Source of the DNA: a virus
Taxonomy: Duplodnaviria; Caudoviricetes
Length of the DNA stretch: 64,000 nucleotides
Strand: one strand, 5' to 3'
IMG/VR virus record: IMGVR_UViG_3300014019_000001
Span: 52,400-116,399 of that record
In this document: piece after piece, positions 48,401 through 56,766 of the stretch
Layout: each line of letters starts with the position of its first letter
Numbering within the stretch: the stretch's first letter is position 1
Made by a program: the position numbers and the translations under genes
The notes under the pieces: generated by a model
Database searches by the model: none
What the model saw: the letters and a program-made list of their open reading frames with translations, nothing else
What the model was told of the DNA's origin: nothing

Positions 48401-48828
48401 AGATCGTCCTTGGTGAGTTTGTCGAGCTCCGCATAGAGATCGGCGAGATCGAGGCGCGCGACGTAATAGAACCTGGGTTCCTCGTTCGCCAGCGTGAGCA
48501 GCCGGAAGATCGCCTTCAGACCCTTCTCCGACAGCACGTAGGCTGTGGCGTGATAGATCGGCTGGCCCTTTTTGTTCTTTTTGTCGGTCTTGTCCGCGCG
48601 CCAGGTGTGATCGTTGACCAGACGGAGACGCACGCCGATCACCGGCTTGATCTCCGCTTTCTTGCAGCGATTGGTGAAGTCGATCATGCTGGTTACGGTC
48701 ATCGTGTCCGTGACCGCCACAGCCTTCTCACCAGTGGCTTTGGCGACCTCGACCAGGTGCTCTGTCTGGAGAATGGACTCTCCGATCGAGAAGTCGGTTC
48801 TTGCAGCGAGAATGGAATACATGGTCAT
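45466..48828 (-). CDS. dnaE: DNA polymerase III alpha subunit with degenerate PHP and C-terminal UDG-like domain
   Basis: GPGRGSVGGSL, FERFINPDR..LPDADLD, QHAAG, KMDILGL, FQFES, YQEQ, YGFNKSH. Confidence 0.95.
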   Translation of the reverse strand: MTMYSILAARTDFSIGESILQTEHLVEVAKATGEKAVAVTDTMTVTSMIDFTNRCKKAEIKPVIGVRLRLVNDHTWRADKTDKKNKKGQPIYHATAYVLSEKGLKAIFRLLTLANEEPRFYYVARLDLADLYAELDKLTKDDLRITLGDVAPLTAHPEAVAIQQEIQSRLGHVYAAMIPIDTPYFARLNELAVEAIDRGAEPLVVRPAFYREGEADAAEIMAAICNNNKVSDAWHRSTHNRDFHILGVKELAQEVGKASRRFVERGNASAGAHFKQGLANTKDLVDAVSYQWSKAEVTLPKMAEDEFAAVVAECKKGWAQRFAGEVFGHLPGKDELQSVYKERLKYELSVLQKLKFSGYFLLVQDVVRFAKQNGILVGPGRGSVGGSLVAYLMGITDCDPIRFGLLFERFINPDRIDLPDADLDFMSQRRHEIFEYLDRKYGRERVAGVSNFAALAAASSIRDVSRVIGLPEKEYVCSKYVPKLHGANVPLPACAEQVPEIDAFAKKHPDWWPIMTRLEGTMRNYGQHAAGVIVGGMDLVERAVIERRKEGAVVNWDKRIVEDQGLVKMDILGLNTLDLINLASEYIKERHGRRPDLMRIPLDDQKVLENFATGLTTAVFQFESGGMRNLLKQLGKDGSITFEDITAATALYRPGPMESGMMESFYLRKQGYEVVEYDHPLMEPILKETFGVMVYQEQVMQVARAIAGYSAPDADKLRKIMGKKLPEEMKKERGKFVDGCVATIGCDPEWAGALFDKIEGFAGYGFNKSHSVEYTLISYQSMWLKTNYPVEFFAAALTLMDEDKLPGIIRDASRFGIDVSMPDINISTDRFEIATDVRLVIPFQRIKGISGNTTGAILEARKAGPFKNKADFIARVEKRRCNVRHQDALDKVGAFSRIEPGQVPATDPSRIRDLIELIPGLITANVPVNRDLDMGKEAKNDIGALAAEYRERHGPGGTSDGMPVKPSFGRTARFMLVQDCPGSQEEEIGMMGWSQSVNAVIDAMAVHDLAREDAYWTALVKRTKAEKQLTADEIATYAPYLQREIEILKPPVIVLLGSSVVRQFFPDFKGKASDQAGKVVYSKELDANIVIGFSPGEIYFSPDKQKNMEDVFHSVVDLLP

Positions 48829-49358
48829 GCGCTCCTCTTGAGAACGGCGCCCGCCTCGGAGTCAGTGATCGCTCCGATATGCGCGAGCGCCTGAAACGCC
48901 ATCCGCGCGTGTGCATCGGCAGTGTTCTGCTGCCAGCCGAGCTTCTGAACGAACGCTTGTGCGAGGAGAGGTCTGGGAAGGGGACGGCCGAGCCGCAGAA
49001 GAAGGTGACAGGCGATCTGCAGGAACGGCACCTTGCCTTCGAACGGGTTGATGCCCTTCGAAAGGTTCTCGGTGATCCGCAGGTTGGAAACGTCGAGCTT
49101 CTCGATCAGGCGACGGACCTTCACCGGCAACACCATCAGCGCCGGATCGGCATCAGTCATAGGAACAATCGCCGGCTTGAGCTTCGGCCCACGGCGCGTC
49201 GGCTTGATCCCGAAGCGATCCCGCAGAGCGAGCAGATTTTCCTCGTGAAGGGGCTGGCACTGCGCGGCGAACGGACAATTGCGGCAGATCGTGCTGTCGG
49301 TCTGGAATGCAAGCGCCGAGCCAAAGCAGCCAGGCGCAAAGCTCGGAATTTCAGTCAT
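48825..49358 (-). CDS. Cys-rich N-terminus plus probable winged-helix protein
   Basis: PGCFG...C..CPF...C. Confidence 0.7.
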   Translation of the reverse strand: MTEIPSFAPGCFGSALAFQTDSTICRNCPFAAQCQPLHEENLLALRDRFGIKPTRRGPKLKPAIVPMTDADPALMVLPVKVRRLIEKLDVSNLRITENLSKGINPFEGKVPFLQIACHLLLRLGRPLPRPLLAQAFVQKLGWQQNTADAHARMAFQALAHIGAITDSEAGAVLKRSA

Positions 49359-50002
49359 CGTGTCATGCTCCTGCAAACGCGCTCGCCGAGGCCGCGCAGT
49401 TCCTTCATGATTTCAGTTCGCTCTTTGTTCGACGCATCCATGAAGTCGAAGATGGTCGACGCAGCGAGACGGACAGTTGCCGGACTGTTGATGCCCATCT
49501 GCTCGCGCCCGTAATCGGACTTGCGCTTGAGGCAGATGATCTCCTTCATCAGCTCGTCGGGCTGCTCGCGCAGCAGCGTGACGAACAGACGAGCGCGGGG
49601 CTTGAGGTTGCGGATCGCGTATTCGAAGTGCTGGTCTTCCTCGAAGGCATTGAAGTCGTTCCGATCATCCGGAATGACGTCGGCCAGGGTTGCGCGACCG
49701 GTATCCTCGCCAACTGTGGAATTGAGCGAGACCGCCAGAACCTCGGTGTGCCGGCGCTCGATGTGCTTTTCGATTTCTCGATTGATATGCATCCGCATGC
49801 CGTTCATGAGATAGGCTTGGAACGGCACGCCCGTCTCCGGCTCGTAGCTGTCTGACGCCTTGATCCAGGCGATCTTGAGCTCCTGCTGGATGTCTTCCAG
49901 GCTGAAGGCGCGGCCGCCGTCTCCGGCAGCACGCAGACGCCTCATCACACGATGCGAGAAGGACTTGATCGCCTTCTCGCTTGCTTCGGGTTCGCGCAAC
50001 AT
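49355..50002 (-). CDS. Sigma70-like factor (region 2 present, divergent C-terminus)
   Basis: LEDIQQE..IAWIKASDSYEPETGVPFQAYL...MR; SLN. Confidence 0.65.
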   Translation of the reverse strand: MLREPEASEKAIKSFSHRVMRRLRAAGDGGRAFSLEDIQQELKIAWIKASDSYEPETGVPFQAYLMNGMRMHINREIEKHIERRHTEVLAVSLNSTVGEDTGRATLADVIPDDRNDFNAFEEDQHFEYAIRNLKPRARLFVTLLREQPDELMKEIICLKRKSDYGREQMGINSPATVRLAASTIFDFMDASNKERTEIMKELRGLGERVCRSMTR

Positions 50003-51228
50003 CAGCCGAAGATCCTCTGTGCGAACTCGTCGACCGTCTTTTTGTCGATGCGCGACAAGCGGTTTGCGAAGGCGAGCTTGAGCCCCTGGCGCCAGTCACC
50101 GCCGAAATACATGCCGAGGTCGGCTGCGTTGATCAGCTCGCGCGGGGAGACGGTCATCGAGATCCCGCCTTCCTTGAACTTGTCGCGCACCGCCTTGGCG
50201 AACTTCACGATCTTGCCGGCAGTGGGCTTGTCGACGCCGGTTTTCGAGACGAGAATCAGCTCCTCTGTCGCCGGATCCATGTATTCGACTTCCTCGACAA
50301 TCGGGAAGCGCGAGTAGTTGGCGGCGTTCTGGATCAGGGTGCCTTGATAAAGACCGGTCTCGTCGCCGACGCCATTCGTGTTGCCGGTGGCACAGAAGCG
50401 GAAGTTCGGATGCGGCTTGATCACGCGGAACTCAGGCGGCGCGTCCTTGATGACGAGCGGCTTGCCTTCAAGCACCGGCTGGTAAACGGCTGTGACCGAC
50501 GGCATGGCGAAGTCGTATTCGTCGGCGCAATAGACCCAGCCGTTCAGCATAGCCATCGGAAGCGGCCCAAGCTGAAACTCGGTCACGGTCTGCGGCTTGA
50601 TGATCTTTTCCTTCTCGCCGGAAGCGTTCAGCACCTCTTCCTCGACGAATTTGGTGCGCACGACATACTGGCCGAGGATATGCGCTTCCTCGGTGTTGAT
50701 GGTGTGCTGGACGCGGCTGAACGGACGACCTGTGCGAGCGCAGACCTGTTCGAGAACGGTCGTCTTGCCGGTGCCATGAAAGCCCCAGAGATACACCGGC
50801 TTGTTGATTTCGAAGCCGATGATGACCTTCTTCACGAGGTCGATGTTGAACACGTAGTCGGGATCGACCATCTGGATATACGGCTTGGCATCCTCGGAGG
50901 CGTCGTTGACGACCTGGATCTCGATCGGATTACCGATAGAGCTGCGCGCGGCGCGCGCCTCGCCGAAGCCAAAGACTTCGTGCAGATAGTGCTTCTGCCC
51001 CGGCGTCACGACGGCATTCGCAGCCTGGGCCTTGGCAGCGCGTGACTTGTCGAGGGCGTCCATTGCCCGTTTCGACAGAATGGGCGCATCGGGAAACTCC
51101 TTCTGGTAGCGCTCAAGCGTCCAGTCGGGGTGATTGTCGCGAATGTGAACCTGGATGGAGTGAACACGGGCGCCGTCGATTTGGCAGATGATTTTCCCGT
51201 CAGCGTTCGTGTCGGCGGCGTCAGCCAT
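50002..51228 (-). CDS. CobS/MoxR-like AAA+ ATPase with N-terminal C/H finger
   Basis: GFHGTGKTT, ADEYD, FCATGNT, SRF, SPREL. Confidence 0.88.
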   Translation of the reverse strand: MADAADTNADGKIICQIDGARVHSIQVHIRDNHPDWTLERYQKEFPDAPILSKRAMDALDKSRAAKAQAANAVVTPGQKHYLHEVFGFGEARAARSSIGNPIEIQVVNDASEDAKPYIQMVDPDYVFNIDLVKKVIIGFEINKPVYLWGFHGTGKTTVLEQVCARTGRPFSRVQHTINTEEAHILGQYVVRTKFVEEEVLNASGEKEKIIKPQTVTEFQLGPLPMAMLNGWVYCADEYDFAMPSVTAVYQPVLEGKPLVIKDAPPEFRVIKPHPNFRFCATGNTNGVGDETGLYQGTLIQNAANYSRFPIVEEVEYMDPATEELILVSKTGVDKPTAGKIVKFAKAVRDKFKEGGISMTVSPRELINAADLGMYFGGDWRQGLKLAFANRLSRIDKKTVDEFAQRIFG

Positions 51229-51346
51229 TTTTCGTTTTCCTCATTTCTCTCTCGTGTGCGCGTTGTGATAGCGCATAACTAATTACTTACTCACATTCTC
51301 AACGGGCTGCAAGTAATTACTTACTTACCCGCTGAAAGCCCGAAAA

Positions 51347-54133
51347 TCAGTTCGTCAGGATCGCCTTGAGCTCCTTCATGACCTCGGTCGGAAGGTCCTC
51401 GATCCGGTTGAGAACGATGTGGTTTCGATAGAAGCGACGGACGGCGGTATCCATGATGCCGATGCCGACGAGATCGATTCCAAGCTTTTCGAGCTTCTCG
51501 ACCGTCTGCTTGAGGTGCCCGGCCGCGTTGGCGGCGCCGGAGGGCTGTCCGTCAGACAGCACCAGCATCACCTTGCGCTTCTCGCGTCGCTTCAAGAGGC
51601 GGATCGCCGCGTATTCGAGGGACTCGCCGTCGACATTCGTGACCATGCCGCGCTGTGCGTTGGCGGCGTAGGCGATGCGCTTTTTGACCTCGGCGTTGAT
51701 GCGCTCGTCAAACTCCTTGTAGATGGGCATGACGATCGGAACCGTCCGATGGAAGCGAACGCCCTTTGCAGCGTGGTTGTAGATGTCCTGGTTCATCTCC
51801 TGCATCGCTGAGCGCGAGCCCTTGCCGCGATGATCGCCTGTCGTGAAGCCAAGCACCTCGCTGGAGATGTTGACGCGCTCCAACGTCGAGGAGAGAGCAT
51901 AACCCGCCACCATCGCCGTTCGCATCTTTGCGCCACCCATCGAGCCGGAGTTGTCGATGAGCAGCGTGACTGCCGTATCCTTCGACTTGTGCTCCTGCTT
52001 GCGATTGAACAGGCGATCGTCGTTCGTGGTGATCCGATGCAGGGAAGGGGCGTGCAGGCGGCCGGAGCGATAGCCCGGCACCTTGATGACGTGCGACTGG
52101 CTCGCCATCATCCGCTCGATGTCCTTCTGCATCCGCCCGGTCATGGCGCGCGTCTGTTCTTCCAGTTCGGGAACCCACTGCGGGGCGATCTCGGGCGCTT
52201 TGAGCACCTCGATTCGGTCGAACTCGCGGGTGTAGACGTTGTAATCGTTGTCGGCGAGGAGATCGACGGCTTCGTTCGCGATCAGGATTGCGATCTGGCT
52301 CGACACGTCGGCCTTCTCGAAGGCGTTATCCTCGAAGTCGAACATGGACTTGCCGAGACCGTTACCCACGCCACCGCCGTCGCTCTGATCATCGTCATCG
52401 GCCTCACCGATCTCGCCCGCCTCGTGATCGTCGGTCTGGATCGCTATACGATCGCCTTTCGACCCGTCGCCCGGCTCCTCGTTTCCATCTTCGTCGTCTT
52501 CGCCGGCCGAGGCGGGCTCGCCATCCTCGTCAGGATCTTCCTCGTCCTGACCCGGCGCATCCTTTCCGTTATCGTCTCCGTCGTCAGAAGCCTCGGCCTC
52601 TTCTTCGGCGCCGTCGTCAGCGTCGCCATCATCATCTTCCTGGCCTTCGCCGTCTTCTTCGCTCTCGTCAGCGCCATCTTCCCCGTCGAGAAGATCATCG
52701 TCTGCGTCGCCTTCGCGCTCGCCGTCATCTTCCTCGGAACCATCACGCCCAGAGCCCTCATCTTCATCCTTCTCAGGATCTTCGTCTTCGGCTCCATCTT
52801 CATCGCGATTCCCGTCGCCATCGCCTTCAGCGTCATCGGACCCCTCGCCATCACCGGCAGAGTCGTCTTCCTCTTCACCGCCGTCGCTCTGGTCATCGTC
52901 ATCGGCTTTTTCCTGTTCGTCGTCGCCACCAGACGGTTCACCGTCCTGGCCGCCCTCAGCTTCGCCAGCGCCGTCTTCAACCTCATCGTCTTCGTCCTTT
53001 GCGCCCTTGCCAGACTTGCCAGGCTGAGACTCGCCGTCATCGCTGTCGGAATGGTCTCGCTCGCCATCTCCGTCGCCCTGTTCAGCTTTCTTGTCGGGCT
53101 TGTCCTGGGATTGACCAGCGGATTGCTGCTGATCCTGGTTGCTGCTGTCGCCAGCGCTCTCGTCGGGCTCACCATCACCGCCGCCACCAGGCTGCGGCGG
53201 AGGATCGAGATACTCGAATGCGCCGACCTTGGTGACTTCGCCGTGCTCCGTCTTGACGGTCACATCCACGACACCAGCGACATGCGCCGGTGTTTCGACA
53301 AGGATGGTTTGCTGGCTCTGATGGGCGATGATCTTCGCAATCGAGCCGTCGAACTTGACCCATTCGAGATCGATGAAGTGCGTGCCCTTTACTGCAACAG
53401 GCTCGCCGCCAGGCGTAAAGCCCTGATTCGGCTCGATGGCGGTGATCGTGGGCGCCGGCATGACGGGATGGAGAATCCCGTCGAGGACCTTGGCAATCTC
53501 AAGCGTCTCGCGCGTGGTGCGAACCTTCGGCAGATCCTTCTTCACCTTGTCCGGCAGCTTGTCGACGAGTTCCTTCACCAGGGGGTTATCCCAGTGCTTC
53601 TCGTCGTCCATGTAGTCCTGGAATTCCGTGTGACCGGCCAAGGCGCGCATGACGACGACGAGAAGGTAGAGGAACTTCTCCTTGTCGGTTTTCGCTGAGT
53701 CGACAGCCGGCCTGGTGATCTTAGCGATGAAGTGTCGGCGGAGATCCGCGATGTTCTTCTTCGAGCCGGGGAAGATGCGCTCCATCTCCCGCTCGATCAT
53801 CGTGTCCTCGATGATGTTGTGATAGGTGCGCAGGCGCTGGATCTTCTTGTCCTGCATCTGCTGCGGCGTGAGGCGATAGCCTGCACACCAGTCCCAATCG
53901 GTGATCAGGACATGGCCGACCTCGTGGTCGATGAAGCCCTGGATTGCGCGAATGAAGCCAGCGTCGGCCGTGTCCGGAATGTTGGGAATGTTGATGCGCT
54001 CGGGCTTACGTGTCGTGGGGTTTGCGACGACGTATGCCTGAGCGCCTCGCTGCGTGACCGTCAGACCCTTACCTGTCAGCATCGGCACGAGCTTCGTGAC
54101 CACTTCACGAAGCTCAACAATCTCACGGTTCAT
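51347..54133 (-). CDS. CobT-like protein: HExxH N-domain, IPT/TIG insert, acidic tract, C-terminal vWA
   Basis: DHEVGH, NIIED, DNSGSM, LSDGQP, GIGI. Confidence 0.88.
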   Translation of the reverse strand: MNREIVELREVVTKLVPMLTGKGLTVTQRGAQAYVVANPTTRKPERINIPNIPDTADAGFIRAIQGFIDHEVGHVLITDWDWCAGYRLTPQQMQDKKIQRLRTYHNIIEDTMIEREMERIFPGSKKNIADLRRHFIAKITRPAVDSAKTDKEKFLYLLVVVMRALAGHTEFQDYMDDEKHWDNPLVKELVDKLPDKVKKDLPKVRTTRETLEIAKVLDGILHPVMPAPTITAIEPNQGFTPGGEPVAVKGTHFIDLEWVKFDGSIAKIIAHQSQQTILVETPAHVAGVVDVTVKTEHGEVTKVGAFEYLDPPPQPGGGGDGEPDESAGDSSNQDQQQSAGQSQDKPDKKAEQGDGDGERDHSDSDDGESQPGKSGKGAKDEDDEVEDGAGEAEGGQDGEPSGGDDEQEKADDDDQSDGGEEEDDSAGDGEGSDDAEGDGDGNRDEDGAEDEDPEKDEDEGSGRDGSEEDDGEREGDADDDLLDGEDGADESEEDGEGQEDDDGDADDGAEEEAEASDDGDDNGKDAPGQDEEDPDEDGEPASAGEDDEDGNEEPGDGSKGDRIAIQTDDHEAGEIGEADDDDQSDGGGVGNGLGKSMFDFEDNAFEKADVSSQIAILIANEAVDLLADNDYNVYTREFDRIEVLKAPEIAPQWVPELEEQTRAMTGRMQKDIERMMASQSHVIKVPGYRSGRLHAPSLHRITTNDDRLFNRKQEHKSKDTAVTLLIDNSGSMGGAKMRTAMVAGYALSSTLERVNISSEVLGFTTGDHRGKGSRSAMQEMNQDIYNHAAKGVRFHRTVPIVMPIYKEFDERINAEVKKRIAYAANAQRGMVTNVDGESLEYAAIRLLKRREKRKVMLVLSDGQPSGAANAAGHLKQTVEKLEKLGIDLVGIGIMDTAVRRFYRNHIVLNRIEDLPTEVMKELKAILTN

Positions 54134-54171
54134 TTTTCTCTCTCCAGTCCTAAGTAACTTGTGACTTATGT

Positions 54172-54405
54172 TTAACTCGAAAAAACAAGGGGTTCAAACG
54201 GCAGAAGGAGGAACGACGAGCCGATCGGGGGAATGAAGATGAACACCTTGCCGTGTTCCGGGTGCACGCCGGAATAGACGACGGAACTGCCGTTGTCGAA
54301 GCGCTCGGCGCTCGTCAGACGGTCAGCGTGAAGCTCAGCATCTTCCTGAGAAATTTCGATCAGGCGGGTGCAGTTATGCGTGACGTTCATTGTCTCGACC
54401 TTCAA
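54172..54405 (-). CDS. Hypothetical protein flanked by two operators
   Basis: Operators at 54151-54168 and 54419-54436. Confidence 0.5.
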   Translation of the reverse strand: MKVETMNVTHNCTRLIEISQEDAELHADRLTSAERFDNGSSVVYSGVHPEHGKVFIFIPPIGSSFLLLPFEPLVFSS

Positions 54406-54497
54406 AGGTTGTCGGCGGTCAGTAATCCATTACTTATGTCCGACTGTCAACAAAACCGGCCCGAGGGCCGGCGTGAATCCACTCTGATGTGGATAAC

Positions 54498-54899
54498 TTA
54501 CTTGGAGAACAGATCGAAGAGGCCATCCTTTATCTCAAAAGTGAGACTCGGATCCGAGTTGCCGGAGGCTTCACGGATCTCGTTGATGATGGCGGCCTCG
54601 TTCTTGGAAATGGCGTGGTTGAACAGAGGCATCAGCGTCTTCAGAGCTTCTTCATCGAAGAACTGGTTAAGCGCCAGCCGGAAGAGGTAGGCTGGGTCTA
54701 CGTCGAGTGCTTTTGCCATGGCCGGCACACGATCCAGCGCAAGCTTTGATCGGCCCGACTTGAGCATGGAGACGAAGTTGGCATTGGCGAAACCAGCCTG
54801 ATTGGCGATTTCTTGCTGCGACTTCCGGCTCTGGAGCTCCTGGATCCTCTTACTGAGAAAATCCGAAAGCGTCGACTGGGCCGACGAGCTTGCATTCAT
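54498..54899 (-). CDS. XRE-family HTH regulator
   Basis: SQQEIANQAGF.NANFVSMLKSG. Confidence 0.85.
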   Translation of the reverse strand: MNASSSAQSTLSDFLSKRIQELQSRKSQQEIANQAGFANANFVSMLKSGRSKLALDRVPAMAKALDVDPAYLFRLALNQFFDEEALKTLMPLFNHAISKNEAAIINEIREASGNSDPSLTFEIKDGLFDLFSK

Positions 54900-55199
54900 T
54901 TGAAAAGTTCCCTTACAGTTTTCGCTTAGTTACATGCGAAGCTATAGCGCTTTGATATAGGGTTGGCTCGCACACTCAAGCCTTAAATGCGTGTTTGAAC
55001 AGGTTCACCACAGCCTGCATGTTAAGTCAACACCTACTTATTTTCCCGCATTAGTTCCATAACAAAGCTTATGCAATTTTTTACGGGAATCCACTCGGCC
55101 GCATGGAACTCTTCAGTGGTGGTTACGAGCAACCACTTGCCAAAGCGGCCAGAATCGGGGTTACTCGCGACCATAATTTTGAAATGCGCGGAGATTCGC

Positions 55200-55400
55200 A
55201 TGTCTGCGGAAAAGACAGAACGGTTGCGGGAACGCCGTAGGGCGAAGGGACTGAAAGAAACAACCATCTGGCTTACCCAGGAAGCGGATCAGACGATTAC
55301 CGAGCTTGTTGCGTCCATGGGCCTCAAGAACCGTTCCGAGGCCATTCAGTATGCGTTGAGCCGGGTCGCTTCCAACGAGGGGACTCATTTTAGAAACTGA
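55200..55400 (+). CDS. Small ribbon-helix-helix protein upstream of repC
   Basis: KETTIWL...KNRSEAIQYAL; GGAG RBS. Confidence 0.7.
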   Translation: MSAEKTERLRERRRAKGLKETTIWLTQEADQTITELVASMGLKNRSEAIQYALSRVASNEGTHFRN

Positions 55401-55401
55401 C

Positions 55402-55485
55402 AAAGGAAAAAAGCCCCAAGGCTGGAACCAAGGGGCTTTTTGAAACTCACTGTTGCAGATGGCGCAACGTGATTCGGCTGTAGCA
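55402..55485 (-). ncRNA. repABC-type counter-transcribed RNA (ctRNA/inc-alpha)
   Basis: Minus-strand TTGACT -35 at 55514-55519; GCCCC/GGGGC hairpin with U tract at 55407-55441; GANTC sites; immediately upstream of repC. Confidence 0.65.
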
Positions 55486-55572
55486 ATCCGTTTCTCACAC
55501 GCCCGTCTGCTTTAGTCAACGACGAATCTTCGATTCGGCGAACGAGAGCCTTTGTCCTGCAGGAAAGAACCT

Positions 55573-56664
55573 ATGCAGACGGTCAGCACCGGCTGGCGGC
55601 GCCCTGCGCGCTTCGTTCAGCCACCGACTCCGACAGCGGAGGTGTCGTCCACGGATCTATTCGCCGTGGCGCGCCTGGCGGTCAAATCCCTCAACCTGCG
55701 CCCTGGCGCTCGCTTCGTCCTTGAGCAACTCGTAGGCTGCTGGGGCGGAGAGCTCCTTGGCGGCCGCTATCTCGTTTGGCCCTCCAACGAATTCCTCATG
55801 GACCGAACCGGGCTTTCTGAGCGTGGTGTGCGCTACGCTATCCGGAGCCTCCTGGAGCTCGGCGTCATCGTCTCCAAGGAGTCCGCCAACGGGAAGCGCT
55901 TTGCCATTCGTTCGGCCAACGGCCAGATCCGGGATGCCTACGGTCTGGACCTCTCCCCTCTCCTGTCGCGCCGCGAGGAATTCACCGAGCGTTGTGAGGA
56001 GATCAAGGTCGCTCGGGAATACAGACGCCGCCAGTTCGATGAGATCACGGTCTGCCGGCGCTCCGTGCAGGAGCTTCTGCGCGCCTTGAAGGATTGGTTC
56101 GACAAGCCCACTGGCGACCTTCAGCGCGAGTTCGAGCGTTTGGCAGCCATCACCCCGCGCCGGGACAGCCTCGCGAGCCCTGAAGCCGCTTTGGCAGCAT
56201 GGCGTGCACTCCATGAAGTCACCAAGGAACAATATGATGCCGCCTGTGGGGGCAATAACAGCCGTATCATTGAAGACAACAACGATACCCCTGACCAGTC
56301 TTGTAACAAGGCTTATGAGAAAAATGTGGCGGGGCCGAACCTGGTCGAGTTGGCGGCAGCATGCCCGGATGCGATGAGCTTTATGCCGAAGGTGGCCGAC
56401 GAGCGTGATCTGATACGTGCGGTAAGCACGCTGCGAGGCGCATTTGGCACACATGAGAGCGCCTGGAATGAGGCGATGGAAATGCTGGGCGCCGCGCAGG
56501 CGGCCAAAGCCTTCGTGGTGGTCTTGCAGCGCGCCACCGAGGACAACGGCGAGAAGATCAAGAACGTCGGGGGCTATTTCCGCGCCTACGCCAGAATGAT
56601 CGAACAGGGGCGGGTCGACCTGGGATTGGAGGTGCGCGGGATGCGCCGGCGACGCGCCCACTAG
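55573..56664 (+). CDS. repC: Plasmid replication initiator RepC (repABC family)
   Basis: STGWR, VWPSN..L, SANGKRF, AYGLDLSPL, ACPD, IKNVGGYFR; AT-richer central segment (~56220-56330) like repC oriV. Confidence 0.92.
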   Translation: MQTVSTGWRRPARFVQPPTPTAEVSSTDLFAVARLAVKSLNLRPGARFVLEQLVGCWGGELLGGRYLVWPSNEFLMDRTGLSERGVRYAIRSLLELGVIVSKESANGKRFAIRSANGQIRDAYGLDLSPLLSRREEFTERCEEIKVAREYRRRQFDEITVCRRSVQELLRALKDWFDKPTGDLQREFERLAAITPRRDSLASPEAALAAWRALHEVTKEQYDAACGGNNSRIIEDNNDTPDQSCNKAYEKNVAGPNLVELAAACPDAMSFMPKVADERDLIRAVSTLRGAFGTHESAWNEAMEMLGAAQAAKAFVVVLQRATEDNGEKIKNVGGYFRAYARMIEQGRVDLGLEVRGMRRRRAH

Positions 56665-56668
56665 AACG

Positions 56669-56697
56669 AAAAAAGGGGCGCATTGCGCGCCCCTGTT
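56669..56697. terminator. Terminator between convergent repC and ligase
   Basis: AAAAAA-GGGGCGC-ATTGC-GCGCCCC. Confidence 0.7.
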
Positions 56698-56766
56698 GAG
56701 AGAGAAATCGCCTTAACCCCGGCGACGAGGGAACTTATACGACTGTTATAGCGGAATTTTTGCCGT

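Noticed and set aside
31166-48828. Inteins or introns in nrdJ, recA or dnaE
   Set aside because: ORFs are continuous and of ordinary length, with no obvious splice motifs or embedded endonuclease
52370-53200. Tandem-repeat-like DNA and Arg/His-rich alternative ORFs
   Set aside because: Explained by the Asp/Glu/Gly low-complexity tract of the CobT-like protein
50002-54133. Cobalamin biosynthesis (cobST) supporting the B12-dependent RNR
   Set aside because: No cobN or other cob genes in the window; this AAA+/vWA pair is common in phages without chelatase context, so no gene symbols were assigned
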